Positions 58,940 through 64,000 of a DNA stretch of 64,000 nucleotides are shown here, piece by piece. This DNA is from Podarcis erhardii. Its lineage: Eukaryota. The notes beneath the pieces were generated by a model that was not told where the DNA came from, did no database searches, and saw only the letters and a list, made by a program, of their open reading frames with translations. Numbering within the stretch: position 1 is the stretch's first letter; every line of letters starts with the position of its first letter. The DNA is taken from assembly GCA_964252035.1 (NCBI GenBank), contig OZ176206.1; one strand, written 5' to 3'. Both the position numbers and the translations under genes were made by a program.

Positions 58940-59844
58940 GGGTTCATCCAGGCTTCCTTTTGTGCCACGTTTCTAGACACAGGTCTGGGCTTTAAAGCTC
59001 CATGTCCAAGCACAGTTCATAGCTGTCAACTTACAGATTTGAAAATAAGGGACCAGCAGCCTTGAAAATAAGGGACCAGCAGCCAAAATAAGGGACCTGC
59101 AGCCTCACCTGTTCCAGGCACTCCAGTCTTCCTGTCCTCTTGCAGTCTGGTCAAACTCATGCTGGTAGCTTTGAGAACACTGTCCGACCAACTTTGTAAC
59201 CAGAGGTTCAACTGAATAGAATCTGAATCACATGCACCACAAGGCCTGTGCAGCCTCAACTTAAGATGGCTCCCCGGCCTGGCTTTGCACTGCAAAGTTT
59301 GCAGCAGCACATGCAACAAAATGGCGACCAGCATTCAAAAAACCCCTCAGCTTGCATTAACTAGCCACACACATGGCATGCAAGCTCCACCCCCCAGTCG
59401 TTCTTAGACTTCTTATTGGGTGAGCAACACAGCCAAGCAACACAGTTGGAGCCTCCCTCCTCCCTGGCTGGCAGGGAGGGAGGGAGAGGAGCTGCTTCCT
59501 TTGAAATTTAAGGGACATTTAAGGGACATCCATTTAAGGGACAGCAGCAGGACATGGCGCTGGAATAAGGGACTGTCCCTTCAAATAAGGGACACTTGAC
59601 AGCTATGGCACAGTTTTTGTTTTTCTTTGTTTTTTTGTCTTCAGGAAAACCTGTATTTTACCACTGAATTGGAGCAAACAGCAACCAGGTTTTCCATGGA
59701 TTGCCATTTGCTCCAAGTCGGTGGTAAAACATGGGTTTCCCCAGAGAAAGCACAGGGACAAATAAAAAGCAGCTTGGACAGAGAGCTTTAAAACATGAAC
59801 CTGTGCCTGGAAAGCTCAGTGCAAAACAAAGTCTGGATGAGCCC
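58940..59844. mobile_element. PIF/Harbinger MITE carrying a nested hAT element
   Basis: TIR gggttcatccaggctt / aagtctggatgagccc; 3-bp TSD TTT. Confidence 0.8.
59018..59607. mobile_element. hAT non-autonomous element, 590 bp, with TAAGGGAC subterminal repeats
   Basis: Perfect 12-bp TIR catagctgtcaa / ttgacagctatg; perfect 8-bp TSD GCACAGTT (59010-59017, 59608-59615). Confidence 0.95.
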
Positions 59845-60516
59845 TTTCCCACCCTTGCTACCTGTTTCCTTAAAAAAAAAACACTGAATAGTTAGGACTG
59901 AACTTTCAGAATGCAAATTGTGTGCCTGTGGCTCCTCACCAGTACTCCATGGAAGAGGTACATGGCCAAGGCAACTGAAGATGAGAAGCACAAGAGCAAA
60001 GCAAAAGATCCCCAGGAGACCCCTGGAATAGCCTGTCATTCATTAGTAGAGTGCAAGAACAACTGGGCCAGAGGAGTCCTCAGTTGCAGTAAACCCCAAA
60101 TGGGTGATTGACTGACTACTTTCCCACACAGACAGCATCCGCCCATGTCTTAACTAGTTGGCCTCCCTGATGCAGCCTTTGCTCCTCTAACAACAGCTGC
60201 ACTGCGTTTTGCACATGGGGAAAATGTCATCGCTCATGGTGCTGAAAGCGTGATGTTCCCCATAACAACTGGCTGCAAAATCAAACAGATTGTATGACAT
60301 CAGCTCAGAAAACACTCAGTAGAAGAGAGTCTACTGCTCCTCCTGGGATAAATTTCAGCTTTCTTCGCAGGTGGCCCTGGTATTCAAGGGTGGGTTGGGA
60401 ACAGAGAAGGGCACAGGAACAAATGTTTAGCTGAAAACAGAGATTGGCAAAGGGAAGGAAGAGGTCTTTAAAAAAACACTGTTACATTGGGGGGGGGTGT
60501 CAAATTTTAATTTACA

Positions 60517-60640
60517 GCAGGGATGGGAAACCCATGGCTCTCCAGATGTTGTTGGATCAGAAAGCATGGACAATGCTCAGGGAATATAGGAATTGTAGTC
60601 CAGCAACATGTGAATGGCTGCAGGTTCCCCACATCTGTTC
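60517..60640. mobile_element. hAT MITE remnant
   Basis: cagggatgggaaacccatggctctccagatgttg...ggaattgtagtccagcaacat...caggttcccca. Confidence 0.7.
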
Positions 60641-62972
60641 TGAAGGTATCCAAAGGTAACCAAAAGCAATGGAAGGTTTGCAATGTGATCTAAGGGCAGC
60701 TTATATAGTTTTTGTCCCTTTAAGTAAGGTCTAGTTGTTATAAGCCGATCATGGCAGGATTTAGGACGACCTCAATATTGTGTTCTCTGATCTGAATGCC
60801 CCAATGCCAGATATACAAGGGATGAGTGTAATTTCTTGTGAAAAATGAAAAGCATTCTGTATTCTCTCTGATGCCCTTTGTCTCTATTTTTATTAATACA
60901 CATGTCACATTACTTCACCTTGGAACTAAAAAAAAGGTTCTAGGACCAAATAAACTTTGTTGAACCCTGGCTCAAAATGCCCGTATTATAGAGATACTTG
61001 GAGTATAAGTATTTCTGAGCATGTATCTCTAGCCAAGGAACTACACTGATTCCTGGTATTTTCCAGTGGAGCTCTAAATGGTCTGGGGTCAGGGTAGCCT
61101 AAAGAATCACCTTCTTCTATACAAACATGGCTATTTGCAAATTAGACAAGTGGCAACTAGACACGGTCTTTTTATTATTATTTTGCAGTGCTGCATCTGC
61201 AAAACACCCTCCTTATAGAGATGCACCTGGCACCTCTGCTGTTCAACTTTAAAATCTGGTTACTTCCTTCTGCCTTCCCGTATTGAGATTTTCTAATTGG
61301 TTTTAATGCTTTTTATTGCTTTGGCCTCACTGTTGTTGATTTTATTGTTGTTCTGATGGTTTTTATGGATGCTACACTTTTGATGTAAGCCACCTAATAC
61401 AAGTAATTGGAAAGCTGGGATACAAATTCATTAATTCAATAAATGAAACAAACAAGCAAAAACCAGTCTCCAGCCCCATTATTTCAGTAGGGATCGGGAG
61501 CGAGTTTTTTGTTATTTAAAAAAAACCCACAGATACATACACAGTTTGGCTGGTTTTCAAATGCTGCAGCTTTGCTTGGAAAGATAAGGCTTTGGAAAGT
61601 GGGGTCAGGGGACGGAGCTGGTGATTAACTGCACAGTCTCTGAATGTCAGGTTTGTTTTCCCATGACTGTCCCAAGACTGGAAGTCAGTTGAATGTAGTT
61701 CCCGTTTCAGCCAAGTACTGCAGAGCACTCCTTTGCTCCGTTAATTCACTTGGGTGATTTCATTAGCTAAATGCCTTTCACTTCTGTCAAGTCCCAGGCA
61801 GGGCTCCACTGCTCTTCTGTTTCTGTCCTTGCCTTTAAGAATAAAAGCAACTAGAAATGGAGAGGCAATGCCACAGACTGACCACCAGGGTGCTCCAAGG
61901 CATCTTTAATTCAATTTGTCACTATTTTTTATTATTAAGGAGGCCATCTAACCTGGCTCAGAAACACAGTTGGAAGTCCAATATTTAAAGTTACTGTATA
62001 AGTAAAAAAAAAAAAACAACCATTACAGTCTATGGTTATAATATTACTTATATTTTAAACAAACCCTGAAGTGATATATCCTAAATACTGGCCAAAATTA
62101 GCTGTAACTTTTCAATTAATCAGCTAACTGGAAACTATGCATGGCATGCCAGAGAGCAACAGCAAAAGGGACCTGGGGATCTCCTCTACAGAGATATGGA
62201 ATACCTCTGCTTATTTAAGAAACAGTGTCTATATAAATTGAACCTTCATTGTTTTCTGCATAAGAGTTACCATTGGTCCTTATTCATGAGAATGCAACCC
62301 CAGCAAGAGAAAATCTGGGTTGTGCACAAACTGAACAAGGGAGAGAGTTGACGGGGTGGGGAGGGAGAGAGAGGGGGGGGGTTAACTCCCAGGAATCTAA
62401 TACACAAAGCCCACGTATCATGTTCACAGGGAGTTCAGCCAGAATGGCTGTGTCCAGAAGTAAGGATGAGAGGCACAGAAAGGACATCTTTCGTTAGTCC
62501 AAAAAGTCATGCCGAGGTTGCCCCTTAATATTTATAAGGGAAGAAAGCTGAGATCCGACGGAGGTGAAAAATAGCGGCAAACAGGTGCTGCCATTTGCTG
62601 GCCTGTCAGCTTGCCAGAGAAGGACACGCTGTTAATAAACAAAAACAAGCACAGGTGGTTTGGTTTGCAAATCAAAGGTGGTTGCTTTGCTCCTCCTTCA
62701 AATGGTTTCCTATTTTTTATGCCCACAGCAGCGAGAATACACATTCCCCTGGACACAGTCAGAGTCTAATTTTATCACAAGCAAAGCTGTAGGCAAGCTT
62801 GCTAGGTACATCTCCCAAAGAGCAGTCTGCTTCCAAGCTGACATATAGCCTCTTGGATTGCAGGGGTGGGAAACGTGTCTGCTTGAGATCATGGAGCACT
62901 GCAGCCAGGCAGGATAACAGTGACTCTGCTAGATGGACCATTAATCTCCTAATGGCAGAACCCCAAGTATTT

Positions 62973-63165
62973 GGGAGAGCTCAGTGCATAGCTCAGTGGT
63001 AGAGCACATGCTATGAATGAGGAAGGTCCAAGGCTGGGTCTCTGGTTAAAAGATCTTAGCAGGGCCAGGAAAGGCCTTTCTCTGGGACCTTGGAGAGTTG
63101 CTTACAAAGTAATCAGTACTCCACTAGATAGAACAATGGTCAGACTCTGCCCAAAGCAGCTCGTA
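62973..63165 (+). mobile_element. Squam3-like SINE, degraded
   Basis: Head atagctcagtggtagagcacatgct...ggaccttggagagttgct...acaatggtcagactc. Confidence 0.75.
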
Positions 63166-63577
63166 TCATTTTTGTGTTACACAAAAAAGAAAGGCTGCGG
63201 CTTGAAAGTGTTATTTTAGACTATGTCAAGAGCAGCATTCTTCTCCCCCTCCACACAAGCTAACCAGAAACACTCAGCAAAGATGGGTCAGGGTATGCAC
63301 AAAACCCACTGGATAAATTTATTCCATTGTTTTTGCTGAGCATGAGCAATTAAGTTTCACAGGGAACTCGGCTGTCAGTTCAAATTTCAGTACAGTAATT
63401 TCTAGTTGCAGATCAGTCAATTCAGTTATTTCTAATCTTTATGTCAAATTAAAGCTCTGCATGTGTTCACTCACAAATCTTTTCACTACATTATGAATTT
63501 TGCAGTTTTGATGAATTATGAGCAGTCATTCTTGTCCGTGTCTGTTTACATGATTTTGGCACTGAAAGGCTGATATA

Positions 63578-63925
63578 AAAACATAGGAAGTGCCCTGCTG
63601 GAGCAGGCCAAAGGCCCGTCTAGTTCAGGACAGTTTTCACAGTGGCCAAATAGATGCCCTGGGACATCTGCTAACAGAACCTGAGCACAACAGCACTCTC
63701 CACACTTGTGATTTCCAGTAACTGGCATTCAGGAATATACTGCAACTGTGGAGGTAGAACACAGCCATCTTGGCTAGTAGCCATTGCTAACTTAATCCCC
63801 AATTAATTTGTCTAATCCTCTTTTAAAGCCATCCAATTTGGCATCTCATTCACCTTGTGGGAATGAAGTCCATAGTTTATACACGGCATGAAGAAGTACT
63901 TTCTTTTGTCTGTCTTGATTCTCCC
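63578..63925 (-). mobile_element. CR1 LINE 3' fragment
   Basis: GRIKTDKRKYFF...ttggatggcttttaaaagaggattagacaaatt and 3' UTR ending cttcctatgt on the minus strand. Confidence 0.88.
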
Positions 63926-64000
63926 ACCCCCTTTTCTGAACCTTTTCAAGCTCTCTAACAGATTTGCATAATGGGTTAACATCTTCATCAAGCTGTCCAC

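Noticed and set aside
59038-59100. CRISPR-like or regulatory direct-repeat array
   Set aside because: Adjacent subterminal repeats of a hAT element with no unique spacers, in a eukaryotic context.
62985-63030. tRNA gene (GCTCAGTGGTAGAGC A-box), also at 3890-3917 and 44480-44508
   Set aside because: tRNA-derived SINE heads continuing into SINE body; no complete cloverleaf.
53750-64000. Exons of the expected divergent neighbour (CIBAR2/FAM92B in human synteny)
   Set aside because: No ORF or exon resembling its BAR-domain sequence was recognised; the gene probably lies beyond the window.

Overview
Vertebrate (squamate) genomic DNA, very probably from a lacertid lizard, judged from full-length Sauria/Squam1 SINEs with the GGTCCCTTTACCTTTAC tail, Squam3-type SINEs, CR1/L2/L1 relics and many hAT, Harbinger and Tc1/mariner MITEs. 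There is one 200-N scaffold gap (13099-13298). The only convincing host coding sequence is one very large minus-strand exon (ATG at 53083, phase-0 donor AAG|GTAAGC after 50744, 780 codons) in a CpG island. It encodes five CxxC-x(43-50)-CxxC modules, four with an FPFL..P.(G/N/R)A core and a (Q/L)W motif. I read it as the far-upstream first exon of a long GSE1 isoform with Drosophila Plexus-like Cys-rich repeats; this rests on recall and needs BLAST/synteny confirmation. On that reading, bases 1-50743 are its first intron. Other notable items: a 24-codon uORF whose stop overlaps that ATG; a processed TRDMT1/DNMT2 fragment (34414-34661) in sense orientation in the intron; a duplicated ~55-bp homeodomain-site block (2051/3974); at least nine perfect ZNF143/THAP11-type ACTAYRNNNCCCR motifs, all within MITE-type sequence; and several nested insertions with intact target-site duplications. 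TE family names come from remembered consensus features and terminal structure, not a database search. Boundaries lacking a TSD are approximate.
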